A stretch of 42,683 nucleotides of DNA from positions 1 through 42,683 of the forward strand of contig JALQUD010000003.1 of the NCBI GenBank assembly GCA_023268595.1. The letters are read 5' to 3'. This DNA is from Candidatus Saccharimonadia bacterium (GTDB lineage: Bacteria > Patescibacteriota > Saccharimonadia > Saccharimonadales > UBA4665). The translations under genes were made by a program, and so were the position numbers. Shown one piece after another: positions 16,946 to 26,558 of this stretch. Position 1 is the stretch's first letter. Every line of letters starts with the position of its first letter. Below the pieces are notes generated by a model. The model was not told where the DNA came from, made no database searches, and saw only the letters and a program-made list of their open reading frames with translations.

Positions 16946-16962
16946 TATAAGTTTTATTTATA
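16946..16962. promoter_or_regulatory. Candidate LysR-type binding site (T-N11-A-like dyad TATAA-N7-TTATA)
   Basis: An AT-rich dyad in the 121-bp spacer between the divergent LysR and ino1 genes. A further TTATA word lies about 15 nt to its right. Confidence 0.4.
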
Positions 16963-17050
16963 GGACTATTCATTTTTTATATTTTTCATTTATAGCTCAC
17001 GACAGGACAATAGGGAAGTACCTAATTTAAGCGTTACGGGAGATTCCCTT

Positions 17051-18169
17051 ATGGCCAAAGCCACGAGCAAGAACGAAAAGCATGGAAAGATCAAAGTCGC
17101 CATCGTCGGCGTCGGCAACTGCGCATCATCACTGGTGCAAGGCATCGAATACTATAAGGATGCTCCGGACGACGGCTTCGTACCGGGCGTGATGCACGTC
17201 CGCTTCGGCGGCTACCATATCCGCGACATCGAGGTCGTGGCAGCTTTTGACGTCAACAGCAACAAAGTCGGCAAGGATGTGGCCGAAGCTATCTACGCCG
17301 AGCCGAATAACACCACGGTCTTTGCCAAGGTGCCTAAGCTTGGCGTCACGGTCAGCCGCGGCCCAGAGCTGGACGGCGTGAACAAATACACCGCCGAGCT
17401 GGTGCCGGTCGACAAGAAGGCCACGGTGGCCGACGTCGCCAAAGTATTGCGCGACAGCGGCGCCGAAGCGGTCATCAACTACCTGCCGGTCGGCAGCCAG
17501 GAGGCCACCGAGTTCTACGCCCAGGCGGCTATCGACGCCGGCTGCGGCTTCGTCAACTGTATCCCGGTCTTTATTGCCAGCAACCCCGAATGGGCTGCCA
17601 AGTTCGAGAAGGCCGGCCTGCCGGTGATCGGCGACGACATCAAGGCCCAGGTCGGCGCCACCATCACCCACCGCACGCTGACCAACCTGTTCCTGGACCG
17701 TGGCATGAAGATTGAGCGGACATACCAGCTCAACACCGGTGGCAACACCGACTTCCTGAACATGCTGGAGCGCGACCGCCTCAAATATAAGAAGATCAGC
17801 AAGACCGAGGCCGTCCAATCGCAGATCGAGGCCCGCGGCCAGACCATCGCCGAAGAGGACATCCACGTCGGTCCGAGCGATTACGTGCCGTGGCAGAAAG
17901 ACAACAAGGTCTGCTTCATCCGCATCGAAAGCAAGCACTTCGGTGACGTGCCGATGAACCTGGAACTGCGGCTGAGCGTCGAGGATTCACCCAACAGCGC
18001 CGGCGTGGCCATCGACAGCATCCGCTGCCTCAAGCTGGCATTGGACAACAAGCTCAAAGGCGCCATCATCGAACCGGCGGCGTACTTCCAGAAGCATCCG
18101 CCCAAGCAGATCGAGGACCGTACCGCCCGCGACCTGGTCGAGCAGTTCATCGGCAAATACGGCAAATAG
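17051..18169 (+). CDS. ino1: myo-inositol-1-phosphate synthase
   Basis: GGGAG Shine-Dalgarno. [24 protein letters not shown]-binding start, [28 protein letters not shown]. The length (372 aa) is typical of the bacterial/archaeal enzyme. Confidence 0.92.
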   Translation: MAKATSKNEKHGKIKVAIVGVGNCASSLVQGIEYYKDAPDDGFVPGVMHVRFGGYHIRDIEVVAAFDVNSNKVGKDVAEAIYAEPNNTTVFAKVPKLGVTVSRGPELDGVNKYTAELVPVDKKATVADVAKVLRDSGAEAVINYLPVGSQEATEFYAQAAIDAGCGFVNCIPVFIASNPEWAAKFEKAGLPVIGDDIKAQVGATITHRTLTNLFLDRGMKIERTYQLNTGGNTDFLNMLERDRLKYKKISKTEAVQSQIEARGQTIAEEDIHVGPSDYVPWQKDNKVCFIRIESKHFGDVPMNLELRLSVEDSPNSAGVAIDSIRCLKLALDNKLKGAIIEPAAYFQKHPPKQIEDRTARDLVEQFIGKYGK

Positions 18170-18240
18170 ACCGCAGTCGTCGGTATAGTCCGGACGGGTA
18201 TTTCGTGCTAATCTAAGCATAAGCAAGGAATACAACACCC

Positions 18241-19065
18241 ATGGACCAACGACACGGCCTGGCAGAACAGCTGCTCCAGGCATCCGGCGGAGATCTGGCG
18301 GCGGCACTCGATGCCGTCCGCCAGGCCTACGCACCAAGCGACGGACAGCGGCCCGCACCAGCCAGAACACCGCGGCCAGCCAAGCCACTCAACCCGGAAA
18401 TAGCTATCCGCGTCAGCAGCCTGGCAAAGCGTTATAAAGTAGGTAAGAATTCGGTCGATGCGTTGGCCGGCATCGACATGGACATCCACACCGGAGAGTT
18501 CATAGCCCTGACCGGATCGAGCGGCAGCGGCAAAAGCACACTACTCCAACTAATGGGCGGACTGGACAAGCCGACCGAAGGCAGCGTTGAAGTCTTCGGC
18601 CAGCAGCTCAACAAACTAAGCGACGGCAAGTTATCGACCTTCCGCAACCAGACTATCGGCTTCATATTCCAGTTCTTTTATCTGCAGCCGTTCCTGAGCG
18701 TCCAGACCAATATCGAGGTGCCCGCCATGTTCGCTGGTACCAAGCGTGCCCAGCGTGGTCCGCGCAGCCGGGAGCTGGCCGCTACCGTCGGACTGGCTGA
18801 GCGCACCAAGCACCTGCCCAAGGAGTTATCCGGTGGGCAGATGCAACGTGCCGCCATCGCCCGGGCATTGCTGAACCGTCCCAAGCTGTTACTAGCCGAC
18901 GAACCCACCGGCAACTTGGACAGCACCAACGCCATGGCGATTTTCGAACTGTTCCGGACCATCTGCGATGAGCAGGGCACTACCGTCGTAGTCGTGACCC
19001 ATGACCAGCAACTGGCATCCATGGCCGACCGGAGCGTAGCACTCAAAGACGGGAGGGTCATATGA
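18241..19065 (+). CDS. ABC transporter ATP-binding protein (MacB/LolD-type) with ~55-aa N-terminal extension
   Basis: Walker A GSSGSGKSTLLQ, signature LSGGQMQRAAIARAL, Walker B LLLADEPTGNLD, H-loop VVVVTHD. No alternative in-frame ATG or GTG lies before the ABC core. Confidence 0.9.
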   Translation: MDQRHGLAEQLLQASGGDLAAALDAVRQAYAPSDGQRPAPARTPRPAKPLNPEIAIRVSSLAKRYKVGKNSVDALAGIDMDIHTGEFIALTGSSGSGKSTLLQLMGGLDKPTEGSVEVFGQQLNKLSDGKLSTFRNQTIGFIFQFFYLQPFLSVQTNIEVPAMFAGTKRAQRGPRSRELAATVGLAERTKHLPKELSGGQMQRAAIARALLNRPKLLLADEPTGNLDSTNAMAIFELFRTICDEQGTTVVVVTHDQQLASMADRSVALKDGRVI

Positions 19066-21005
19066 GCTTCATGATGCGGCCGGGCGACAGTCTGACGTTG
19101 GCTTACACCAAGTTACGCATGCGGCGCATACGTTTGGCCATCACCCTGGTCGTGATGTCGTTGCTATTTGCCGGCCTGGTATTTCTGAGTATCGTGCTAA
19201 GCGGCGCCGTCAATAGCATGAACGACTTTGGCAAGGAAGGCCTGGGCGGGCGCTACATAGTTCGCGCCACACCGTTCACATACGCCCCGTTCGACAACCA
19301 GAAGCTGGTTGACACAGTTTCCGGTGACAACGCCAGACTGACCAGCCAAAAGGTCGCCCTCGCCAAAAAGTACGGTTTGCAATACGAACCCCAAACCGAC
19401 CAGACACTACCATTACAGCAGATCCAAACCGGTCCGGGAGCAGCCGATATCAAGCCGATGGCCAACCCATCGTCACCTTTGGTCGTGGCCGCTCTCAAGC
19501 AGCAGAATGCCTCGCTTAACAACAGCTTCCAAGATTTCAGTACCCGTGCACAACGGCAGGGAGCCATTCATACGTTCCTATCGACAACGCCCGACCACAC
19601 ATCGGGCGCAAGCCAGTACAGCTCTTTGCAAGTACTGAAGGACGGCAAGGAAACTTATGATTCCGACCCATCACGCCAATACGACACCTCCGGACTTGGA
19701 TCGATAACCTCACTCGGCTGGAACCAGATGGATTCCGAACTGCTCAAACCGTTCATTCTACCTGGACAGTCTCTGGCCGTAGGCAGTGACGGCAGCATAC
19801 CGGTGACGGCACCGCTCAGCGCCGTAGAGCAGATCACCGGCATTACGAAACCGGGTATCAACGCCACCAGCAAGCAGCGGCTGGACCATCTAGTAAATAT
19901 CCGCCGGGCTGCTGCCGGAAAGACAGCGGCTATCTGCTACCGTAATGCCGCCTCGCAGGAACTCCTCCAGTCCGCCATCCTCCAACAAAAGGATATTGAG
20001 GCCAATAGAACCAAGAAGGACTACACGATACCGGCATTGCAATACAATTTGCCAACGACCGCGTGCGGCGCGACGTCAATAAAGAAGGATGTCCGTACGG
20101 CCGAGGACAAAGCGAGCGAACAGCATCAGAAGGAATTGGACGCTATCACCACTCCGCAGCAGGAGCCAAAGCAGGGAATCATCACCGTCCGGATCGTCGG
20201 CATAACCGCCGATATGCTAGGTGCAGGCGATAGCAGCCTTTCCAGCGCCGGACTGTTAAGCTCCATCCTCATGACCTCGCCAGGCCAGGGGTGGATGTCA
20301 CCGATCGATGCGTTCAAGCCAGACAGCCTGGCGACTGCAGCACAAGGTGGCAACATCGGAGAACGGCCGTTGGACGGGCAAGCTTTCTATGCAGAATTCC
20401 CCGACCTGACGGCAGCCAAACGCTTCATAGAGAACACCAACTGCACGAGCGCTTCAAGCTCAGGGGAACCGGTTCCGGACGACTGTGTCAGATCGGGCGC
20501 CACATACACTGTCATGCCTTTTGGAAACAACGCCGGCGCCATAGAGGACACCCAGCGTATGGCATGGGAATACGGCCGCTATGTGCTACTGGCCATCGTC
20601 ATCATCGCAGCAGTCATCATGATGGGCACGCTCGGTAAGATCATTGCCGATAGCCGCCGCGAGACAGCCGTTTTCCGCGCGTTGGGTGCCCGCCGTATGC
20701 ACATAGCCCAGGTATATCTGACGTACACCGTATTAGTCAGTCTATTGGTAGCGTTTGTCTCATTCATATTCGGCAGCATCGGTGCGGTCATCCTGGATAG
20801 GCATTTCTCGGCCGACCTGTCGGTCAACGCGGTGCTGACGTACAACGCGGCTGATGTCACCAAGCAATTCAGCCTGTATGGCATAAACTTACTGCAACTA
20901 GGCGGAATAACCGGTTTGATCATACTGACGTCACTGCTCGCAGCCCTGGCACCGATCATCCTGAATATGCGGCGTAATCCTATCAAAGATATGCGTGAAG
21001 AATAG
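19062..21005 (+). CDS. ABC transporter permease, FtsX/MacB-like with large extracytoplasmic domain
   Basis: ATGA start/stop overlap with the ATPase gene. N-terminal TM, then ~480 aa extracytoplasmic region, then a C-terminal FtsX-type bundle (..RETAVFRALGARRMHIAQVYL.. plus 3 TM helices). Confidence 0.88.
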   Translation: MSFMMRPGDSLTLAYTKLRMRRIRLAITLVVMSLLFAGLVFLSIVLSGAVNSMNDFGKEGLGGRYIVRATPFTYAPFDNQKLVDTVSGDNARLTSQKVALAKKYGLQYEPQTDQTLPLQQIQTGPGAADIKPMANPSSPLVVAALKQQNASLNNSFQDFSTRAQRQGAIHTFLSTTPDHTSGASQYSSLQVLKDGKETYDSDPSRQYDTSGLGSITSLGWNQMDSELLKPFILPGQSLAVGSDGSIPVTAPLSAVEQITGITKPGINATSKQRLDHLVNIRRAAAGKTAAICYRNAASQELLQSAILQQKDIEANRTKKDYTIPALQYNLPTTACGATSIKKDVRTAEDKASEQHQKELDAITTPQQEPKQGIITVRIVGITADMLGAGDSSLSSAGLLSSILMTSPGQGWMSPIDAFKPDSLATAAQGGNIGERPLDGQAFYAEFPDLTAAKRFIENTNCTSASSSGEPVPDDCVRSGATYTVMPFGNNAGAIEDTQRMAWEYGRYVLLAIVIIAAVIMMGTLGKIIADSRRETAVFRALGARRMHIAQVYLTYTVLVSLLVAFVSFIFGSIGAVILDRHFSADLSVNAVLTYNAADVTKQFSLYGINLLQLGGITGLIILTSLLAALAPIILNMRRNPIKDMREE

Positions 21006-21025
21006 TTGGCATTCGAACACCCTCT

Positions 21026-21057
21026 AAAAAAAGGAAGCCCACTGGGGCTTCCTTTTT
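21026..21057. terminator. Bidirectional intrinsic terminator
   Basis: AAAAAAAGGAAGCCC-ACTG-GGGCTTCCTTTTT lies between the convergent permease and Trp-rich protein genes. It has a 9-bp GC-rich stem flanked by A-run and T-run. Confidence 0.85.
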
Positions 21058-21092
21058 CGGTATATCGGGCTGGTTAGCTGGTTTTAAGCTGC

Positions 21093-21701
21093 TTAGTACT
21101 GCTCACCCTTACTTGAGCTACTGGCGGCTGCCAGGTAGTTGGTGGCGTCGCTGGCCTTGATGTTGGCCTTGTACGTCGTCGTGGTGGTGTAGGTGGTAGT
21201 CGTCATGTACTCGATCTGAATGCTCAGATCGGACTTGTTCATGTAGGCTACCATCTGGTCACGCCAGTTCTCGTAGCTCGAACCGTGGTCCTGCCACATT
21301 TCCGGGTCCCAGTTGCCCCAGTCGGACTGCCAGTTTTCACCTTCCGGCGTCCAGCTTGGGTTGGAATTGTCGCTCTCCCACTGTGAGCCCATGCCGCCGA
21401 CGATTTCCATCATCTGGTTGCGCCATTGGCCATAGTCGGCTCCGTGATCCTCTTTATATCGGGTTGGCTCCCAGGCTCCCCACTCGCCACCGTTGCTGTT
21501 GCGGTCGTAGCCTTTGGAATCACCACCCTTGTGCTGACCGTGGTTCTGGTCGCCACCTTGGCCTTCGTCCATGCTCTGGGCGTTGACCGTACCGCTAAAG
21601 GTAGCCAGGCTACCTCCGACCGTCAAGGCGCTGAGCGCACCGACGGCTCCGGCACGGGTAATCGTCTTCTTAAGTTTGCTTGTGGTCTGAGTCGCTACCA
21701 T
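21093..21701 (-). CDS. Secreted Trp-rich repeat protein, unknown function
   Basis: AGGAGGG Shine-Dalgarno. Signal-like N-terminus KKTITRAGAVGALSALTVGGSLATFSGTVNA. Internal repeat WEPTRYKEDHGADYGQWRNQMMEI / WDPEMWQDHGSSYENWRDQMVAYM. Thr/Tyr-rich C-terminal segment. Confidence 0.75.
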   Translation of the reverse strand: MVATQTTSKLKKTITRAGAVGALSALTVGGSLATFSGTVNAQSMDEGQGGDQNHGQHKGGDSKGYDRNSNGGEWGAWEPTRYKEDHGADYGQWRNQMMEIVGGMGSQWESDNSNPSWTPEGENWQSDWGNWDPEMWQDHGSSYENWRDQMVAYMNKSDLSIQIEYMTTTTYTTTTTYKANIKASDATNYLAAASSSSKGEQY

Positions 21702-21947
21702 GAATGGTCCCTCCTGTCCTTACAAGCCGTCCGACGTTTATGAATTTGGTTGTCCGGACGACCAGCCAGACTATAAACAGGCTGGCGCATGGCGACTGCG
21801 AAAAATACCCTTGCGCGCCTACTGTATCCTGCCGTTGTAAAACGCAAATGAAGATGCCGGAGTTAATTCACCAGGTAAACAATCGATGCGGCGCTTAACC
21901 GTTGACAATTTTGGAACGGAAATATAATTTTCCACAGGGCAACTGCG

Positions 21948-21956
21948 TGGTATAAT
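21948..21956 (+). promoter_or_regulatory. Extended -10 promoter element (TGGTATAAT) for the lipoprotein gene
   Basis: TGGTATAAT lies about 60 nt upstream of the ATG at 22016. A second TTGACA ... TATAAT pair at 21902-21928 has a short 15-nt spacer. Confidence 0.45.
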
Positions 21957-22015
21957 TTACATTCTTCGCATACGACGAAGCATAGTTTCCGAACCTTCAG
22001 AAGGAGTGTGGTCCG

Positions 22016-22867
22016 ATGAGACTACGCAGACCGTTGGCCGCACTCGGCGCCGTACTGGTCATGATCGCCATGGCCGCATGCAGCAGCCCGACCGAAGCGG
22101 CACCGAAAGTGCAGCTGAAGAGCGGCGACACCGGCACGGACGTCAGCTACCCGCAGTGCGGCAGACAACTGCCCGCCGATCCGGGCGCGCTGGCAATCGT
22201 CGGCATCAACGGAAAAGTGGCCAATGTGCCCAATCCGTGTCTCCATGAGCAGCTGGAATGGGTGCGTGCCTCTGGCAAGCCGCTGATGCACTACGTCAAC
22301 CCATCCAATCCGGTGGGTGAGGATGTCGACAGCTGGCCGAAGCAGGGCGTCACGCCACATGGTATCTGTGACGGTTCACAGAAGCCGGCCTGTTCGTACC
22401 AATATGGTGTGGACCGCGTTACCCAGGATGTCACCCAGTTCCTTGGCGTCGACCGCCTGGCCGACGGCACGATGGTCTTCATTGCGGTGGAGCACAGCTT
22501 TTCATGGGCCAACCAAGGTCCGCGTGCGTTAACCGATGAGGCTGCCGCCCACGCCAGCAACCTCGCCACCATCGAAGGCATGGTCAGCGCCATCCAGCGT
22601 TTCGGCGGCCAGCCGGGCATCTATTCCACCGGTAGCGACTGGCGTGAGCTGATGGGCAAAGACGTTGTTTCGGGCAACCGGTTGTATGGCATCCCCATAT
22701 GGATGCGCGGCGCGGCCAACAAGGCGGCATTGCCCGACACCTGCCGGCAGCCTAGCTTCACCGGCGGACGTGTAGTCATGGCCCAGGTGGCTGGCGAGAT
22801 GCGCAAGAAGAGCGACGAACCAGACTTGGCCGACCCGAATCCGCTGGATTTCAACCTGGTCTGCTGA
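22016..22867 (+). CDS. Lipoprotein with possible GH25/Rv2525c-like glycoside-hydrolase-like domain
   Basis: GAAGGAG Shine-Dalgarno. Lipobox-type signal peptide (VLVMIAMAAC/SS). GTDVSYPQCG near the mature N-terminus and ..PGIYSTGSDWRELMG.. resemble GH25-like/DUF1906-type proteins. The function call is weak. Confidence 0.6.
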   Translation: MRLRRPLAALGAVLVMIAMAACSSPTEAAPKVQLKSGDTGTDVSYPQCGRQLPADPGALAIVGINGKVANVPNPCLHEQLEWVRASGKPLMHYVNPSNPVGEDVDSWPKQGVTPHGICDGSQKPACSYQYGVDRVTQDVTQFLGVDRLADGTMVFIAVEHSFSWANQGPRALTDEAAAHASNLATIEGMVSAIQRFGGQPGIYSTGSDWRELMGKDVVSGNRLYGIPIWMRGAANKAALPDTCRQPSFTGGRVVMAQVAGEMRKKSDEPDLADPNPLDFNLVC

Positions 22868-23009
22868 ACAAGCACCCATCCGACACCACATCCGAAACCA
22901 CACCCGAAGGAGTGATACTATGAACGGCAAGCGCCATCCGGACCCGCATCAACGGACATTCCCGATGGCCTTGCCGTTTTTTCATGTTTCACACGTTTTC
23001 ACGCATCGC

Positions 23010-24677
23010 TTACGAACCGATGGGTACGGTCTGGCCGCCAAGCTTCTTAGCGAAGTAGCTATCGTGAGAGATATAAATGACCGCGCCATGGTAGTCCTGC
23101 ATGGCCCGCTCCAATTCCTCGATGGATGGCAGATCCAGGTGGTTGGTCGGCTCGTCAAGGATGAGCAATTGCGGCTCATTGGCCAGCATGCGGATAAGCT
23201 GGAAGCGGGCTTTCTGGCCACCGCTCAACTGCGACACCGGCATGGCGCCGTCACTCTCCGGGTTGAACAGATAGTCACCCAGGAAACGCCGGATGCGCTG
23301 GTCGCTGACCGGCAGGTCCTTATCGCGCAGCACCTGTTCCAGGGCTGCATACAGCGTCATATCCAAGTACTTCTCATCGATTTCCTGCTGGTAATGGCCG
23401 ACGTTGATGCCGGTTTCCACGGCGATCGTGCCGCCGAAGCGATGCGAAGCCAGCGCCGACTCAGGCCGGCCAGCGGCCTTGGCCATGATGGCGTCCACCA
23501 GCGTGGTCTTGCCAGCGCCGTTGCGTCCGTGCAGACGGACACGCTCACCCTCGTGCAGCTCAAAGCTGACGTCACCGAACAGGGGAGTGTCACCATAACC
23601 GAGCGACAGCTTTGAGACCTGCACCAACAGTCTGGAAGAGCGGCTCTTTTCCTGACGGGCATCCAACCGGATGTTCTGCGCCTTGTATTTACCATATGCC
23701 GCGGTCATCTTCTCGTTCAGATCCTCGGCCGAATCCTGATCGATCCAGAACGATGGCTTCTCGGTCTGTTCCAAGCGGGCCAGTTCGGTGCGGGCTTTTT
23801 CTTCCTGGCTCTTAAAGCGGCGGATAGTGCCCGGGTCACGCGATTTCTCCTTGAGCCGCTGGAAGCGGATGATATCATCCCGCAGGTTGGCGATACGCCG
23901 TTGCACCAGGTCGAACTCATTGACCTGGTTGGTGATGCGGTCCTTATTGATGCGCAGATACTGGTCGTAATTACCCCGGTAGGTATGCGCCTGGCCATCA
24001 CGGATCTCAATGATACGGTCGACGCATTGCAGCACGTCACGGTCGTGGGTGATGACCATGACGGCTTCCTGGGTAGACTTGAGCCATTTGATGAAGGCCT
24101 CTTTAGCGATGTAGTCCATGTGGTTGGTCGGCTCATCGATCAGTGCCAGGTCGCCCCGGCTGCGCTGAACCTTGATCAGCTCCACCATCCGCTTCTGTCC
24201 GCCGGACAGGTCGTCCATCTTGGCATGCAGCTTGGCGGTGTCGATCTGATACGACTCGAATAGCTGGGCGATCTCGTCTTCCACCTGGTAGTAGCCGAGT
24301 GTGGCGAAGCGCTCCAAGGCCTCGCTGTAACGGGTGATTTTGGCGACATTGTCGCCCATATGGTCGGGATATGTGTCTATGATGTGGTTGAGTTCGGCGA
24401 ATTCCGGTAGGTCATCTTGGATATACCCCAGGACGGTCTTATCGCCCAGTCCATGGTGTTCCTGACGGCTGGAGATGACGATGGCATTGCGCTTGGTGGT
24501 GATGTCACCTTGATAGTCGGTGTCGCTACCGGTCACCATGTTGAACAGGGTCGACTTACCCATGCCGTTGCGTCCGACCAGCCCGACGATCTCGCCGGGT
24601 TGGATGTCAAAGCGCAGGTCATGATAGAGCGACTTGTCGCCAAAGGATTTTTCCGTGATGTCTACCGAAAGAAGCAT
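23010..24677 (-). CDS. ABC-F family ATPase (two ABC cassettes, no membrane domain)
   Basis: Walker A GRNGMGKST and GRNGAGKTT. Signatures LSGGQKRM and LSGGQKAR. Walker B LALIDEPTNHMD and LLILDEPTNHLD. Charged inter-cassette linker. Confidence 0.92.
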   Translation of the reverse strand: MLLSVDITEKSFGDKSLYHDLRFDIQPGEIVGLVGRNGMGKSTLFNMVTGSDTDYQGDITTKRNAIVISSRQEHHGLGDKTVLGYIQDDLPEFAELNHIIDTYPDHMGDNVAKITRYSEALERFATLGYYQVEDEIAQLFESYQIDTAKLHAKMDDLSGGQKRMVELIKVQRSRGDLALIDEPTNHMDYIAKEAFIKWLKSTQEAVMVITHDRDVLQCVDRIIEIRDGQAHTYRGNYDQYLRINKDRITNQVNEFDLVQRRIANLRDDIIRFQRLKEKSRDPGTIRRFKSQEEKARTELARLEQTEKPSFWIDQDSAEDLNEKMTAAYGKYKAQNIRLDARQEKSRSSRLLVQVSKLSLGYGDTPLFGDVSFELHEGERVRLHGRNGAGKTTLVDAIMAKAAGRPESALASHRFGGTIAVETGINVGHYQQEIDEKYLDMTLYAALEQVLRDKDLPVSDQRIRRFLGDYLFNPESDGAMPVSQLSGGQKARFQLIRMLANEPQLLILDEPTNHLDLPSIEELERAMQDYHGAVIYISHDSYFAKKLGGQTVPIGS

Positions 24678-24721
24678 AGTAGTCTATTGTATCAGTTAAC
24701 GGCCTCGTGTGAGGTATTTAC

Positions 24722-24750
24722 TTGTAAAATGCTTAAAGTTGTAGTATAAT
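24722..24750 (+). promoter_or_regulatory. Promoter giving a near-leaderless mRNA
   Basis: TTGTAA (24722-24727), 17-nt spacer, TATAAT (24745-24750). The ATG at 24759 is 8 nt downstream, with no Shine-Dalgarno. Confidence 0.55.
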
Positions 24751-24758
24751 AAAATTAC

Positions 24759-25517
24759 ATGAATGGCAAGAAAATACCCGCGTACCACTTAGTCCAGGTC
24801 CATAAGCAGGCCATGCGCGTCCGGGGCTTCATACGCCCCAGCCTGGTAGCCGCGCGTGACTTCAGCCATAAGCACCGTTTGGCTACGTATGGCACCTTGG
24901 GTGTCCTAGCCATCGGTGTCGGTGCCGGCACTGCGGCACTACAAAGCAGCATGATGACAGACGGCAGCAGCCGTACCACCCTGACCGCCAGCACCAGTGG
25001 TTCAGAGACTAACCGTGGCGGCCAGGTTATCACTACGAGCCCTGGCAAGGCCGAGCAGTCCAGCCAGACCACGTCCAACGCGCAGGCAGCACCAGCTCAG
25101 AGCTCCACCGCAAGCCCGCAACCGTCGGCTCAGAGCCGTCCGGCCGAATCATCGCCAGCCGTGGCACCAGCAACTACTTCACTTTCGAAAGATACTCCTG
25201 CCAACCCCGGCATGGCCCTGACCGTCCAGCAACAAGATTACGTGGCCGACCAGCCGACGCAGAAATTCTATCTCAAGCTCAACCGTGCTAGCGGCTATGC
25301 CGCGAAAGTGACATCCGTAAAGACCAAAGTCACCGGCAACAGCATCACCTGCGACATGACAGCCCAGAACGGCGACGTCTACGAGCTGACCTGCAGCCGT
25401 CCCAACCCGGTTCCATCCGGCTCCACGGAATCCGGCACCATGACGGTCGTCGTCACGACTGATGCCGGCGACAACTTTGCCGCATCCACCACATACCGCC
25501 TGCCGCTTCCATCCTGA
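24759..25517 (+). CDS. Single-pass membrane protein with Ser/Pro/Ala-rich linker and small beta-rich ectodomain
   Basis: TM segment YGTLGVLAIGVGAGTAAL, ~100 aa low-complexity S/T/P/A/Q linker, and a ~100 aa C-terminal domain. TTGTAA-17-TATAAT promoter 8 nt upstream of the ATG. Confidence 0.7.
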   Translation: MNGKKIPAYHLVQVHKQAMRVRGFIRPSLVAARDFSHKHRLATYGTLGVLAIGVGAGTAALQSSMMTDGSSRTTLTASTSGSETNRGGQVITTSPGKAEQSSQTTSNAQAAPAQSSTASPQPSAQSRPAESSPAVAPATTSLSKDTPANPGMALTVQQQDYVADQPTQKFYLKLNRASGYAAKVTSVKTKVTGNSITCDMTAQNGDVYELTCSRPNPVPSGSTESGTMTVVVTTDAGDNFAASTTYRLPLPS

Positions 25518-25524
25518 ATTAAGT

Positions 25525-26424
25525 TCAGCCGCGTGGGGCAGGCTTCGGCTCGGCGCCTATCAACGCCATCCGTCCGAATAATTTGACTACCGGCTCGCCC
25601 TTGTTCAGCGTGAAGCTGTTCATCCGGATAGCGCTACGCGTCGACCGTCGCACTATCTCGTCGTAAGATTCCTGGTCGTCGGCACCTCGAAGCTCGTCAT
25701 ACGTATGCTTAGCCATGCCCCTCATGACAGCTACCGCCCGGGCGACCGACAATGCTCCGGTACGTAACACGGCACGGTTGCCACTCATCATCTCGGTCGC
25801 CAGCCGGCGGGAGACAAAACTGATATGCTGCGAAACATTGTCATAGTCGCCGCCCGGGCGCATATAGCTCTCGGTAACACCCGACTTGATCAAGCTCGGC
25901 GGTAAATCCTTGACGATATGGTTAGTCAGACCGCCAGCGATAAGTTGGATCGGCGGTGATGCCAATTGGACGGCCGGCTCATCGAACGAACGCCGCCACA
26001 GCTGGTCACTACCCCAGGCGATACTACGGGCCTTCTCCATGTCACCAGCCTGCCAGGCCTTGCCCCAGGCTACCAGATCATGGCTTGGATTGAACCATTC
26101 CTGTGCGAAATAATTAGCCTGCCTGATCAGGACGTCGGGATTCTCGATACGGGGTAGGTGGGCGACTTCCGGCTTGCCGTCCATGACATCGCCCAACAGA
26201 TGCGTCAGCTCACCATACACGAAGCCGAAGACGCCTTGGCGGCCGACCCGCGGCATGGCTTCCGACACTGCGAGGAAACGGTCGCCGAGTTCGTGCATGC
26301 CGACTACCTCGGGCTCACCGCCAGGCTGCACCCGGTCCGGCAAGGCGTCATCAAGCGCGTCATAATCTGGCGCATACATGCCTTCTAGTACTCGGTCCGG
26401 GCGATAAGCTTCTGGTAAAGGCAT
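25525..26424 (-). CDS. Hypothetical cytoplasmic protein (299 aa), no recognisable domain
   Basis: The start is taken at the internal ATG (MPLPEAYRPD..), which has GGAAGGA upstream and a TATACT further up. The track ORF's extra 47 codons (Cys/His/Arg-rich) would overlap the divergent kinase start and look non-coding. Confidence 0.65.
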   Translation of the reverse strand: MPLPEAYRPDRVLEGMYAPDYDALDDALPDRVQPGGEPEVVGMHELGDRFLAVSEAMPRVGRQGVFGFVYGELTHLLGDVMDGKPEVAHLPRIENPDVLIRQANYFAQEWFNPSHDLVAWGKAWQAGDMEKARSIAWGSDQLWRRSFDEPAVQLASPPIQLIAGGLTNHIVKDLPPSLIKSGVTESYMRPGGDYDNVSQHISFVSRRLATEMMSGNRAVLRTGALSVARAVAVMRGMAKHTYDELRGADDQESYDEIVRRSTRSAIRMNSFTLNKGEPVVKLFGRMALIGAEPKPAPRG

Positions 26425-26558
26425 CGAGTTGTGTCGCGTCCTTCCGGCGGAATTGCCGCCACGTATTACATGCGCACATAGTATACACCGCTTATGTCGA
26501 ATTGCGCAGTGAAGCGCTTCGCTGCAAGGGGGTTGCCAGTGAGTGATAAAATACATGC

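Noticed and set aside
17129-17938. Long antisense or alternative-frame ORFs inside well-supported genes. Examples are 17129-17938 opposite ino1, 15072-15818, 12633-13325, 22920-23615 opposite the ABC-F gene, 27206-27817 and 40247-40801.
   Set aside because: This is typical of GC-rich coding DNA. The translations are Arg/Gly/Ala/Pro/His-biased with no motifs, and each lies wholly within a gene that has strong motif support on the other strand or frame.
23010-24677. The ABC-F protein is exactly 555 aa, the same length as E. coli EttA, which tempted a specific EttA call.
   Set aside because: The N-terminal sequence and arm region do not resemble EttA as I recall it, and length alone is not evidence. 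I called it only as a generic ABC-F ATPase.
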